Shown here one piece after another: positions 1 to 9,556 of a stretch of DNA of 39,832 nucleotides. The translations under genes were made by a program, and so were the position numbers. The notes beneath the pieces were generated by a model. The model saw nothing but the letters and a program-made list of their open reading frames with translations. It ran no database searches and was not told the origin of the DNA. The stretch is from an uncultured Bacilli bacterium (lineage in GTDB: Bacteria > Bacillota_I > Bacilli_A > RF39 > UBA660). Numbering within the stretch: position 1 is the stretch's first letter; every line of letters begins with the position of its first letter. The stretch lies in the NCBI GenBank assembly GCA_947631515.1, contig CANRLP010000003.1, positions 1 through 39,832 of the forward strand, in the 5' to 3' direction.

Positions 1-9
1 GGGGGGGGG
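1..9 (+). repeat. poly-G homopolymer (at least G9) in the reading frame, at the window edge
   Basis: The sequence begins GGGGGGGGG in an otherwise AT-rich context. Confidence 0.8.
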
Positions 10-1288
10 TATATTAGATAAGAAGGAAGACCTAGAGTTAGAAAAGTTTACTAAGAATAAGAAAAGAAAAACATTTATAATCGGAGCAATAATAGGTATA
101 TGTGCCACAATTGGTGGAATATTCTTATATAAAAGTTATGCTTATTATGAAAATGAAAAAGAGTATAACGTAATCAAAGGAATAATTCCTGATTTTTCGT
201 ATGATGTAAAGTTTGCAGTAACTGTAGATGGAGCAAGTAAAGATAGTATACCCACAACGCCAAAAGATGCAAGTAAATCAAATTATTATAAAGTAACAGC
301 AGAATGTGATAATGGAATAAAAGCGGAATGGGATTATAATGCTTGGAACTTGAAAGTAGAGAATATAAATAAAGGAACAAAATGTAAATTAGCATTTAAT
401 AGTACCTTAACCGAAGCAGATTATCAAAATTATATTGACGCAGGAGTAGCATATAGAAGAAACACATATAGAGGAAAAGATATAACAAGTAAACTAGAAG
501 ATGGAAGCTTATTTAAAGAAATAAGTAGTGGTCACTTTGACGATATATTTGTTGGGGATTATATAACAAGTCCAAGTGGCAAAACAGATATAAGTAACAA
601 AACAGTAGTATGGTTAATAGCTGATCTTGATAATTATATGAATACAGGGAATACATCATTATTAACAAAACATCATGCCACGATAATACCAGCGGCACCA
701 TTAATGAAAGCCCAAATGAATTCCACAAATACAATTGTAGGAGGGTATGCCGGAAGTGAAATGGTAGGGTATAAAGTAGGAGATGATGGAAAAGCTACCC
801 AAGAGAAAAAAGAAGAAGGAGGAACACTAGATACAATATTAACTCAATATATAAATCCTGATTTTGGAGCTAGTAATCCTAGTGGTGACCAAAAAGATCA
901 TATAATAGAATATCAAAATATAATAACTGTTCAAGTGGATGAAATGGCAACAAATCAAATTGGGAGAAGTAATATCTTAGGAGCTTCGTCAGATTGGAAA
1001 TGGTATAATAGAAAACTAGATTTAATGAGTGAAGTAAATGTATTTGGTTCAACTATAGCTTCTTCTAGTTTATATGACACAGGAATAGATAATAGTCAAT
1101 ATGCTATTTTTAGATTAAAACCTGAATTTAAATATAGTTATAGAGCAACTGGGTTTAAATATTTTTTAAAAGATGTATCTTCTTCGGGTAACTCGGGTAG
1201 CTTTGCTTATATATACGAAGCTGGCGGCCCCAGCTGGGGCGGGGTGCTGAATGAGATTGGCGTTCGCCCAAGATTCTTAATCGATTAA
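2..1288 (+). CDS. 5'-truncated membrane-anchored/secreted protein with C-terminal CLec-like (DGR target-like) domain
   Basis: The frame of the 350..1288 ORF is open back to position 2 (GGGILDKKEDLELEKFTKNKKRKTFIIGAIIGICATIGGIFLYKSYAYY...). This adds a basic stretch plus a hydrophobic helix. The C-terminus ...SFAYIYEAGGPSWGGVLNEIGVRPRFLID resembles DGR target variable regions ending in GVRP. Confidence 0.7.
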   Translation, partial: GGGILDKKEDLELEKFTKNKKRKTFIIGAIIGICATIGGIFLYKSYAYYENEKEYNVIKGIIPDFSYDVKFAVTVDGASKDSIPTTPKDASKSNYYKVTAECDNGIKAEWDYNAWNLKVENINKGTKCKLAFNSTLTEADYQNYIDAGVAYRRNTYRGKDITSKLEDGSLFKEISSGHFDDIFVGDYITSPSGKTDISNKTVVWLIADLDNYMNTGNTSLLTKHHATIIPAAPLMKAQMNSTNTIVGGYAGSEMVGYKVGDDGKATQEKKEEGGTLDTILTQYINPDFGASNPSGDQKDHIIEYQNIITVQVDEMATNQIGRSNILGASSDWKWYNRKLDLMSEVNVFGSTIASSSLYDTGIDNSQYAIFRLKPEFKYSYRATGFKYFLKDVSSSGNSGSFAYIYEAGGPSWGGVLNEIGVRPRFLID

Positions 1289-1302
1289 CTTTCATATTTT
1301 TT

Positions 1303-1332
1303 GAATAAAAATTTTCTAAAAATCTCATGATA
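1303..1332 (+). promoter_or_regulatory. putative SigG-type (forespore) promoter upstream of the clpC-like gene
   Basis: GAATA-N18-CATGATA matches the Bacillus SigG consensus GHATA-N18-CATNNTA. RBS AGGAGG follows at about 1348. Confidence 0.4.
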
Positions 1333-1358
1333 AACATAGAATAACTTAGGAGGATTCT

Positions 1359-3527
1359 ATGTTTGAAAATTATGGAATACGTATTACAACATTATTTAAA
1401 AAAGCAGAAAATTATCGAAAAAAATTAAAACATCCTTATGTGGGAAGTGAACACTTATTACTAGCTATATTAGATGAAGAAAATGAAGTAACTAATAAAG
1501 TTAAAAATTATGGTTTAAGTTTTAAAATATTTTACGACGAATTAATTAGAGTAGTGGGTGAATCACATAAAGATACTGATTTTGTTTTATATACCCCATT
1601 ATTAAAACGAATAATAGATACAGCTACTAATGATGCTATTGATAATCATTCGGGAAAAGTTACTGAAAGGCATTTATTTTTAGCTATGTTAGAAGAAGGC
1701 GAAGGAATAGCTATTCGAATACTATTAGGTCTAGGCATAGATTTAGATGCTATGTATGATGATTTTAAAATAAGTTTAATTCAAAAACCAACTGAAAAGT
1801 TAGAAATATTGGAAATTGGTGTTGATCTAAATAAAACGGTTGATGAAACGGAAATAGTTATTGGTAGAGAAGATGAATTAAATCAAGTAATTGAGACATT
1901 ATTACGTAAGAAAAAAAGTAATCCATTACTTATTGGAAAAGCTGGAGTAGGTAAAACAGCGATTGTAGAAGAATTAGCTAGGAGAATAAATAAAGGAACT
2001 GTTCCTACTGAGTTATTAAATAAAACAATAATTATGTTAGAAATGGGAGCTTTAGTTTCAGGAACTAAGTATCGAGGAGAATTTGAAGAGCGGCTTACCA
2101 AAATCATTAAAGAAGTGATTGATAACAAAGATATTATTTTATTTGTTGATGAAATACATACCATTATAAATGCTGGAGGAGCAGAAGGAGCAATCAATGC
2201 TAGTGATATTTTAAAACCTTATTTAGCTAGAGGAGAATTAAAATGTATTGGAGCTACAACCACAGAAGAATATTATCAATCAATATTTAAAGATAAAGCT
2301 TTAGAAAGAAGATTTTGTACCATCGAAATTAAAGAACCAGATGAAGAGAAAACTAAAAATATTTTAATGGGTATCAAAAATAGTTATGAAGCTCATCATA
2401 AAATCGTTATAAGTGAAAAAAATATTGAAGACATAGTTCATTTAACTAATAAATATGTTAAAAATAAAAGCAATCCTGATAAATCAATAGAACTTTTAGA
2501 TATGATATGCGCTAATAAAAAAATGAAAGGCATATCTTTAAAATCATTAGCAGAGATTAATGAAAAAATTAACAAAATAACTAAAGAAAAAGAACAATAT
2601 ATTTATCAAGATGATTATGATAAAGCAGCATTGTGTAAGGAGAAAGAAAATGACCTACGTCAAAAGTTAAATACCATTAAAAATAGTTATGAAAATAAAA
2701 TTAATTATAATGATATTTTAGAAGTTTTAGCAAAATACGCCAAATTGCCTTTATTACAAGATAAAAAACAGACTTTTACTAATTTAAAAAATAATTTAAA
2801 AGAAAAAATTTGGGGACAAGAAAAGGCGGTTCAAAGTATATTAAAAAATATATGGATAAAATTAAATGTTGATAATAAACCATTATCTTTATTGTTAACA
2901 GGGCCTTCAGGTGTTGGTAAGACAGAAACGGTGAAGATTATTGCTGATAGTTTATTTTTGGGCAATTTGATTAGAATAGATATGAGTGAATATAATTTAG
3001 ATACTTCTGTAAATAAGCTAATTGGTGTAAGTGCAGGATATGTAGGGTATGACGATTCTTATTTATTTCAAAAAGTATTAGAAAATCCATATTCTATATT
3101 ATTGGTGGATGAAATTGAAAAAGCCCATCCGCGAGTTTTAAATTTATTTTTGCAAATACTAGATGAAGGCTTTGTGACAAGTGCTAGAGGTGAAAAAATT
3201 GATTTTTCTAATACAATGATTTTTATGACAAGTAACGTAGTCAATAAAAATAGTGTAGGATTCGTAGATAAAGAGAATAATAATTTTAATGAAATATTTA
3301 GTAAAGAATTTTTAGGTAGATTTAATGATATTATTTGTTATAAAGAATTAAGCCCAGAAATTTTAGAAAAATATATAAATACTAACTTAAAAAATAATAA
3401 AATTAAAGCTGAAGATATATTAAAAGAAGCTAATTGTAAATTGTATGGTTTACGTAATTTAAAACATCTTATTGATAAATATAATAGTGAATTAGATATT
3501 GAAACCTTGTATGAAAATATGGTATGA
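1359..3527 (+). CDS. clpC: ATP-dependent Clp protease ATP-binding subunit, ClpC-like
   Basis: Clp N-domain repeats (YVGSEHLLLA, VTERHLFLA), Walker A GKAGVGKT, pore loop GTKYRG, Walker B LFVDEIH, second NBD GPSGVGKT / LLVDEIEKAHP, and a VGF ClpP-docking loop. The C-terminal small domain is shortened. Confidence 0.85.
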   Translation: MFENYGIRITTLFKKAENYRKKLKHPYVGSEHLLLAILDEENEVTNKVKNYGLSFKIFYDELIRVVGESHKDTDFVLYTPLLKRIIDTATNDAIDNHSGKVTERHLFLAMLEEGEGIAIRILLGLGIDLDAMYDDFKISLIQKPTEKLEILEIGVDLNKTVDETEIVIGREDELNQVIETLLRKKKSNPLLIGKAGVGKTAIVEELARRINKGTVPTELLNKTIIMLEMGALVSGTKYRGEFEERLTKIIKEVIDNKDIILFVDEIHTIINAGGAEGAINASDILKPYLARGELKCIGATTTEEYYQSIFKDKALERRFCTIEIKEPDEEKTKNILMGIKNSYEAHHKIVISEKNIEDIVHLTNKYVKNKSNPDKSIELLDMICANKKMKGISLKSLAEINEKINKITKEKEQYIYQDDYDKAALCKEKENDLRQKLNTIKNSYENKINYNDILEVLAKYAKLPLLQDKKQTFTNLKNNLKEKIWGQEKAVQSILKNIWIKLNVDNKPLSLLLTGPSGVGKTETVKIIADSLFLGNLIRIDMSEYNLDTSVNKLIGVSAGYVGYDDSYLFQKVLENPYSILLVDEIEKAHPRVLNLFLQILDEGFVTSARGEKIDFSNTMIFMTSNVVNKNSVGFVDKENNNFNEIFSKEFLGRFNDIICYKELSPEILEKYINTNLKNNKIKAEDILKEANCKLYGLRNLKHLIDKYNSELDIETLYENMV

Positions 3528-3611
3528 TTAATTTGTAATAAGAGATGATTGCAATTATAAAATTATTACATTTTTACCTATTTATGGTCAAAGCATAAAT
3601 AATTATTTTTG

Positions 3612-3643
3612 ATAATCTAGAACGCTTTCTAGATTATTTTTTT
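3612..3643 (+). terminator. Rho-independent terminator
   Basis: ATAATCTAGAA-cgct-TTCTAGATTAT followed by a T run. Confidence 0.75.
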
Positions 3644-3709
3644 GTAATATGTATTTTTAAATTTAAAATTATAATTCATTTTGTTATAATTTTTATGAAG
3701 AGGTGTATT

Positions 3710-5134
3710 ATGATACGAACAAGATTTGCCCCAAGCCCTACAGGATTTATGCATATTGGAAATTTACGGAGTGCTCTTTTTGCTTATTTAATAGCTAAGC
3801 ATGATGATGGTAAGTTTGTTTTAAGAATTGAGGATACTGATCAGTCTCGTTACGAATTAGGTGCTGAAGAGTTTATTTATAAAGTATTGAAAGAATTTTC
3901 CCTTTATTATGATGAAGGCCCTAATATTGGAGGAGATTTTGGCCCTTATGTTCAAAGTGAAAGGTTAGAAATATATCAAAAGTATGCCGAAAAGTTAGTA
4001 AAAGAAGGTTATGCTTATTATTGTTTTTGCAGTGAAGAAGTTTTAAGTAATGAAAGAATGGAAGCTACAGAAGCGGGTAAAACTTATGTTTATCCCGGAA
4101 CTTGCCGAGATTTATCAGAAGAAGAAATCCAAAAAAAGATTAATAATAAAGAAAAATATGTTATAAGACAAAAGATGCCTCAAAAAGGAACTACCAGTTA
4201 TCATGATTTAGTTTATGGAGATATTATTGTTGAAAATAAAGAATTAGAAGACCAAATATTAATTAAAAGTGATGGGTATCCAACTTATAATTTTGCTAAT
4301 GTAATCGATGATGCTTTAATGAATATTACGCATGTTACCAGAGGCTGCGAGTATTTGTCTAGTACACCAAAATATATTCTTTTATATGAAGCTTTAAGAT
4401 TAGAAGTACCTAATTTTATTCATTTACCATTAGTAGTAAAACAAAATGGGGAAAAAATTAGCAAACGTAATAAAGATGAAAATGTTATTGATTTATTAAA
4501 TAATGGTTTTTTACCAGAAGCGATTATTAATTATTTAGCTTTGTTAGGTTGGTCACCAAAAGATAATAAAGAGTTTTTTTCTTTAGAGGAGTTAGTAAAA
4601 TTATTTGATATTAATAATATTCATACTAATTCAGCTTATTATGATATAAAAAAATTAGAATGGTTTAACAAACATTACATTATGGAAATGAATGATGAGG
4701 AATATTTAGATTTTGTTCTTCCATATTTAGAAAAAGCTTATGATATATCTAAAAAGAGTACGGATTGGGTTAATAGTTTGTTACTAGCTTATAAAAAACA
4801 TATTTCTTTTGGGAGCGAAATAGCTTTAGTTACTCATACTTTTTTTGAAAGTAATGTTTCTTTAGAAGATGATTGCTTGAAGTATTTACGAAGTAATGAT
4901 CAAATACCTCCAATTTTAAAATTTTATCAAAAAGAAATTCAAAATATTGCCGATTGGAATAGAGAAAATATTGCTACAGCCATTGAAAATGTTAAAAATG
5001 GTATAGGAGTTTCTGGAGAACTTCTTTATATGCCAATTAGGGTTGCTATTAGTGGCATGATGCATGGTATTGATTTAATTGACGTAATATATTTATTAGG
5101 TAAAGAAAAAGTGCTAGAAAGATTAAATTTTTAA
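3710..5134 (+). CDS. gltX: glutamate--tRNA ligase
   Basis: RTRFAPSPTGFMHIGN (HIGH motif), LRIEDTD, KISKR (KMSKS motif). Start moved from 3695 to the ATG at 3710, behind RBS GAGGTG. Confidence 0.95.
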   Translation: MIRTRFAPSPTGFMHIGNLRSALFAYLIAKHDDGKFVLRIEDTDQSRYELGAEEFIYKVLKEFSLYYDEGPNIGGDFGPYVQSERLEIYQKYAEKLVKEGYAYYCFCSEEVLSNERMEATEAGKTYVYPGTCRDLSEEEIQKKINNKEKYVIRQKMPQKGTTSYHDLVYGDIIVENKELEDQILIKSDGYPTYNFANVIDDALMNITHVTRGCEYLSSTPKYILLYEALRLEVPNFIHLPLVVKQNGEKISKRNKDENVIDLLNNGFLPEAIINYLALLGWSPKDNKEFFSLEELVKLFDINNIHTNSAYYDIKKLEWFNKHYIMEMNDEEYLDFVLPYLEKAYDISKKSTDWVNSLLLAYKKHISFGSEIALVTHTFFESNVSLEDDCLKYLRSNDQIPPILKFYQKEIQNIADWNRENIATAIENVKNGIGVSGELLYMPIRVAISGMMHGIDLIDVIYLLGKEKVLERLNF

Positions 5135-5153
5135 TTTAAAGAGAGATGATTTT

Positions 5154-6548
5154 ATGAAAATTTTTAATACATTATCTAGAACAGTTGAGGAATTTATTCC
5201 CAATGATAAAAAAGAAGTTAAAATATATACTTGTGGTCCAACTGTTTATCACTATGCGCATATTGGTAATTTGAGAACTTATATCTTTGAAGATATTTTA
5301 GAAAAAACTTTAAATTATTTAGGATATTCAGTAAAAAGAGTTATGAATATTACTGATGTTGGCCATTTAACTAGTGATTCTGATTCTGGAGAAGATAAAA
5401 TGCTTAAAGGAGCTAAAAGAGAGAATAAAACCGTTTTAGAAATAGCTAAATTTTATACTGATGAATTTAAAAAAGATACGGAAACTTTAAATATAAAGTG
5501 GCCCGAAATTGTTTCAAATGCTACGGATAATATTCAAGAATATATAAAAATAATAACGAAACTTTTAGATACTCATTATGCTTATTTAAGTGGTGGAAAT
5601 GTTTATTTTGATACTACTAAACTTACGGATTATTATAAACTTACCAATCATAAAGTTGATGAAATGGTAACTGGTGTAAGAGATGGAGTAGAAGAAGATT
5701 TAGCCAAAAGAAACCAAGCAGATTTTGTTTTATGGTTTACTAAATCAAAGTTTGAAGATCAAGAGTTAAAATGGGATTCTCCTTGGGGAGTTGGTTATCC
5801 AGGGTGGCATATTGAATGTTCAGGAATAAGTATGAAATATTTGGGCGAATATTTAGATATTCATTGTGGTGGCGTTGATAATATTTTCCCTCATCATACT
5901 AATGAAATTGCTCAAAGTGAAGCATTTTTAGGACATAAATGGTGCAATTATTGGATACATGGTGAACATTTAAATGACGAAACGGGTAAAATGAGTAAAT
6001 CTAAGGGCGAGTTTTTAACTGTAACTTTACTTAAAGAAAAAGGTTATGACCCTCTTGCTTATCGTTATATGTGTTTAAATACGTCGTATCGTAAGGTGTT
6101 AGTTTTTTCTTATGAAGCCTTAGATAATGCTAGTAAAGCTTATCAAAAATTAAAAAATAAAATTAATCAATTAAGTGACGAAGGCAAAATAGATGAAGTA
6201 GAATTTGAAAAATATGATCAAAAATTTAAAGATTATATAAGTGACGATTTAAATACTTCTAATGCTTTGAGTCTTCTATTTGAAGTTTTAAAAAGTACTT
6301 TAAATGATGCTACAAAACTAGCTTTAGTTAATGCTTGGGACAAAGTGCTTTCTCTAGATTTAAGAAATGAAAAACCAGAAGATAGAGAAATAGATGTTGA
6401 ATTTATTAATCAAAAAATTCAAGAAAGAGATGCTGCTAAAAAAGATAAAAATTATTCTTTAGCTGATAAAATTCGAGATGAATTAGCTGATATGGGTATA
6501 ATTTTAAAAGATTCACGAGACGGAACAACTTTTGAAATAAAAAAATAA
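5154..6548 (+). CDS. cysS: cysteine--tRNA ligase
   Basis: YTCGPTVY..AHIGN, GYPGWHIECS, DIHCGGVDNIFPHHTNE, KMSKS, and C-terminal ADKIRDEL. Confidence 0.97.
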   Translation: MKIFNTLSRTVEEFIPNDKKEVKIYTCGPTVYHYAHIGNLRTYIFEDILEKTLNYLGYSVKRVMNITDVGHLTSDSDSGEDKMLKGAKRENKTVLEIAKFYTDEFKKDTETLNIKWPEIVSNATDNIQEYIKIITKLLDTHYAYLSGGNVYFDTTKLTDYYKLTNHKVDEMVTGVRDGVEEDLAKRNQADFVLWFTKSKFEDQELKWDSPWGVGYPGWHIECSGISMKYLGEYLDIHCGGVDNIFPHHTNEIAQSEAFLGHKWCNYWIHGEHLNDETGKMSKSKGEFLTVTLLKEKGYDPLAYRYMCLNTSYRKVLVFSYEALDNASKAYQKLKNKINQLSDEGKIDEVEFEKYDQKFKDYISDDLNTSNALSLLFEVLKSTLNDATKLALVNAWDKVLSLDLRNEKPEDREIDVEFINQKIQERDAAKKDKNYSLADKIRDELADMGIILKDSRDGTTFEIKK

Positions 6549-6555
6549 TATTATT

Positions 6556-6587
6556 CTCATATAATTTTCACATATTTGTGTTAAGAT
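6556..6587 (+). promoter_or_regulatory. putative OmpR-family direct-repeat site plus extended -10
   Basis: CTCATA-N5-TTCACA (11-bp period) followed by TG-t-TAAGAT. A similar pattern occurs at 16243 and 18377. Confidence 0.35.
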
Positions 6588-6606
6588 AAAAATAGGAAGT
6601 GAATAT

Positions 6607-7281
6607 ATGAACTTATTGATAATTATTTTAATGTTAATAATTCCAGCAATTGCTCAGTTGTTTGTTACAATTAGCTTTAGTAAATATAAACAAATTGAAA
6701 ATGAAGAAAAAATAACTGGTTTTGAAGTTGCTCGCAAAATATTGGATGCCAATGGTTTAAAAAATATTTATGTTGTAGAAACAAAAGGTAATTTAACTGA
6801 CCATTATGATCCAAAAAGAAAAGTGGTAAGGTTATCTACAGATATTTATAAAGGAACAACAGTAGCTTCTATCGCAGTTGCAGCTCATGAGTGTGGGCAT
6901 GCTTTGCAAGATAAAGATGGTTATTTGTACATGCGAATACGAAGTATGATTGTACCAATTGTGAATTTTGCTACTTCAATTTCTTATTTTATTATTTTCT
7001 TAGGTTTATTTTTAGAATCTATAAATTTAGTTTGGTTAGGAATATTGCTTGTTGGTACTGGTCTTGTTTTTCAACTAGTTACTTTGCCTGTGGAAATAAA
7101 TGCTAGTGCTCGAGCTAAGAAAATTATAAATGAATTAAAATTGGCTGATCAAAATGAACAAGATGGTGTTGCTAATATGTTAATGGCTGCTGCAAGTACT
7201 TATGTAGCTGGTGTTCTATCTAGTGCTTTAGAATTATTGCGTTTAATTTTAATATTTGGAAACAATCGCGACGACAATTAA
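6607..7281 (+). CDS. membrane zinc metallopeptidase (YugP / Zn_peptidase_2 family)
   Basis: LTDHYDP, VAAHECGHALQ (HExxH), TLPVEINAS, AAASTYVA, and hydrophobic segments. Confidence 0.9.
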   Translation: MNLLIIILMLIIPAIAQLFVTISFSKYKQIENEEKITGFEVARKILDANGLKNIYVVETKGNLTDHYDPKRKVVRLSTDIYKGTTVASIAVAAHECGHALQDKDGYLYMRIRSMIVPIVNFATSISYFIIFLGLFLESINLVWLGILLVGTGLVFQLVTLPVEINASARAKKIINELKLADQNEQDGVANMLMAAASTYVAGVLSSALELLRLILIFGNNRDDN

Positions 7282-7285
7282 AAAT

Positions 7286-7310
7286 ATCACATATTATTTG
7301 TGATTTTTTT
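7286..7310 (+). terminator. Rho-independent terminator
   Basis: ATCACA-N7-TGTGAT followed by a T run. Confidence 0.6.
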
Positions 7311-7410
7311 ATCCTTTATATATCCCAAAAAAACCTAATTTCAAATTATTGCAAATTGGAATTTGTTATGATATCATGTTAATAGTAAAAGAATAAAGGA
7401 GTGGCTAAGT

Positions 7411-9219
7411 ATGCAATCTGATATATCAAAAAAGATTGATGATTTAGTTGGAATGGCTGGGTCATCAGCAAATATAGATACTTTACAAGCAGAATTATTG
7501 GAAATAGAAAAGGAAAGTAGCAGATTGAAAGAAGAGCTTGCTCTTTTAAAAAATGTTAATCCTGAAGAAAAATATTTTAAAGCTAGTGATAAACAAGTTG
7601 ATGAAAATATAAAAGTAAGTTTAGAGGCTAAAATCAAAAAAGTTACTAAAAAATTGCGTGACGTTCAACAAGAAATTGATAGTGTAACAAAAGATGAAGA
7701 AGCTTCTCATCAAACTATTATTCAATTAAAAAATGATATTAAATCAAGCAGCGATTATGTAACATCTTTAAATGATCGAATTTCTGAAATGGAAGAATCA
7801 CCAGCTATTGAGAATTTTAAGAAAATTTTAGATGACGAAAATAAAAAGATAAGCGAATTAATTACTGCTTTGAAAAAAGAGGAAGAAAATGATAAAGCTC
7901 TTTTGGATAAACTTGATTATTTATCTTTAGCTAAGGAAGAAATAATTAAAAAATTAAAAACTGATAAAGAACAATTATCTGATATAAAATCTAGTTTAAT
8001 GAATCCAACTTCTTATATTGATGAAGATTTAGAAAAATTTGATGAAGAAAAAATAGAAGAAATTCAAAAACAATTGTCTTCTTTAGATAAGAGAAGAATA
8101 GAAATAATTACTGATCCGGGAATGATTGCTATTGAAGCAAAAAAACTTATTGAAGAAGATGATCGGACAAGTGCTTTATCTAAAATTAAAGAATTAATTA
8201 CTTTAGTAAAATTAAATCCTTTTATGGACATTCCAAGCAGTAGTGATTTAGAATCAGTTTTACAAGAAGAATTGAATAATGCTAGTAAGGCACGAGATGA
8301 ATTTGCTTCTTTAATTGATTCAAAAGATTATACTAAAATTGATACTCATGTAATTACTAATCGAATTAATTTTTTACAAAATGAAATTACTAATTTAGAA
8401 AATAAAATTAAGTCTTTACAAGAAGAAATAAATTTAATAGATAATGATGAGTTTAATGAACTTATGCATAATTTAGAAGATGCTACGAATTTATGTCATC
8501 AACTTGAACAAAATATAGTAGAATATGAACAAGTAATGGCCAGCGAAGAAGAAAAAACACCAAAACGAAGAGCAGTTTTGAGTTCGGCTTTTACTAAAAA
8601 ACAAGCTGATTTAGAAGTTGTTAAAAAAATTATTGAAAATTATAAAGAAGATCAAAAAGAATTAATTGAAAAAGCGCATAATCTGCAAATTATAGAAATT
8701 AAACAGTATCAAAAACGAATTGAAAAATTACAAGAAGAAGTTAATAAATTAAATAAATTGTTAACAAGTGAAAGTAAAGCTAAAGATGTTTTAGCAATTG
8801 AAAGTGATAAACGTAAGTTAAAGGCATTGGATGAAACAGTAAAACAAATTAAACATCGTCAAAAATACACTACTACGCCTACTGAAATCTTTGATGAAAT
8901 TGAAATTTATTTAGGAACTATTGAGGATGAAGAACCAAAAGAAAATTTAAAGGAAAATAGTGAGGTATTAGAAAACGATCAAGCTATTACAGAAGAAAAA
9001 TTAAATGAATTATCTACAGAAGAAGTAATGGAAGAACTTCCAGAAATAGATGATGTTATAGATACGAAAAATAAAACACCAGAGCGTTTAAAAGTTATTG
9101 ATGTAGAACCAATTAATACAGAATCTTCTAAAGAAGATAATCCATTTATTATAGCTGAATATGACGATGATGATTTTGTTGATGTTAATAGTTTATTTGA
9201 TGGTAATGGGGTGTTATAA
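7411..9219 (+). CDS. long coiled-coil protein of unknown function with acidic C-terminal tail
   Basis: E/K/L heptad-rich over about 500 aa, no Walker motifs, RBS AAGGAG. Confidence 0.8.
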   Translation: MQSDISKKIDDLVGMAGSSANIDTLQAELLEIEKESSRLKEELALLKNVNPEEKYFKASDKQVDENIKVSLEAKIKKVTKKLRDVQQEIDSVTKDEEASHQTIIQLKNDIKSSSDYVTSLNDRISEMEESPAIENFKKILDDENKKISELITALKKEEENDKALLDKLDYLSLAKEEIIKKLKTDKEQLSDIKSSLMNPTSYIDEDLEKFDEEKIEEIQKQLSSLDKRRIEIITDPGMIAIEAKKLIEEDDRTSALSKIKELITLVKLNPFMDIPSSSDLESVLQEELNNASKARDEFASLIDSKDYTKIDTHVITNRINFLQNEITNLENKIKSLQEEINLIDNDEFNELMHNLEDATNLCHQLEQNIVEYEQVMASEEEKTPKRRAVLSSAFTKKQADLEVVKKIIENYKEDQKELIEKAHNLQIIEIKQYQKRIEKLQEEVNKLNKLLTSESKAKDVLAIESDKRKLKALDETVKQIKHRQKYTTTPTEIFDEIEIYLGTIEDEEPKENLKENSEVLENDQAITEEKLNELSTEEVMEELPEIDDVIDTKNKTPERLKVIDVEPINTESSKEDNPFIIAEYDDDDFVDVNSLFDGNGVL

Positions 9220-9464
9220 TGGGTCTAGAAGTTAATACAATTATTACATTATCTAATAATGAAAAATATGTGGTTTTAAATGAAACATTATATTCTGGGA
9301 AAAAATATTTCTTAACTATGGGCGTAGATGAAAAAAAAGAAGTTCAAACAGATAATGTGGCCATATTTGAAGAAGAATTAGAAGGATTAGATACTTATGT
9401 AAAAAAAGTAACTGATTCAGAATTGATGATAAAATTAACATCTTTATTAAAAGAGCAAATGTAA
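9219..9464 (+). CDS. small hypothetical protein, translationally coupled to the coiled-coil gene
   Basis: TAATG stop/start overlap, host-like codon usage, followed by a terminator-like hairpin. Confidence 0.75.
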   Translation: MGLEVNTIITLSNNEKYVVLNETLYSGKKYFLTMGVDEKKEVQTDNVAIFEEELEGLDTYVKKVTDSELMIKLTSLLKEQM

Positions 9465-9556
9465 TAAGGAAGCTTAAGCTTTCTTTTTTTAACCAATTTG
9501 ACAAGAAATTTAGATTGTGCTAAATTAATAACACATTTTTTACAGAAAGGATTATT

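Noticed and set aside
3546-3598. 17-codon ORF (MIAIIKLLHFYLFMVKA) or T-box leader between clpC and gltX
   Set aside because: The RBS is weak and badly spaced, and there is no GGTGGNACCGCG T-box motif; the region is explained by a 3' UTR, terminator and promoter.
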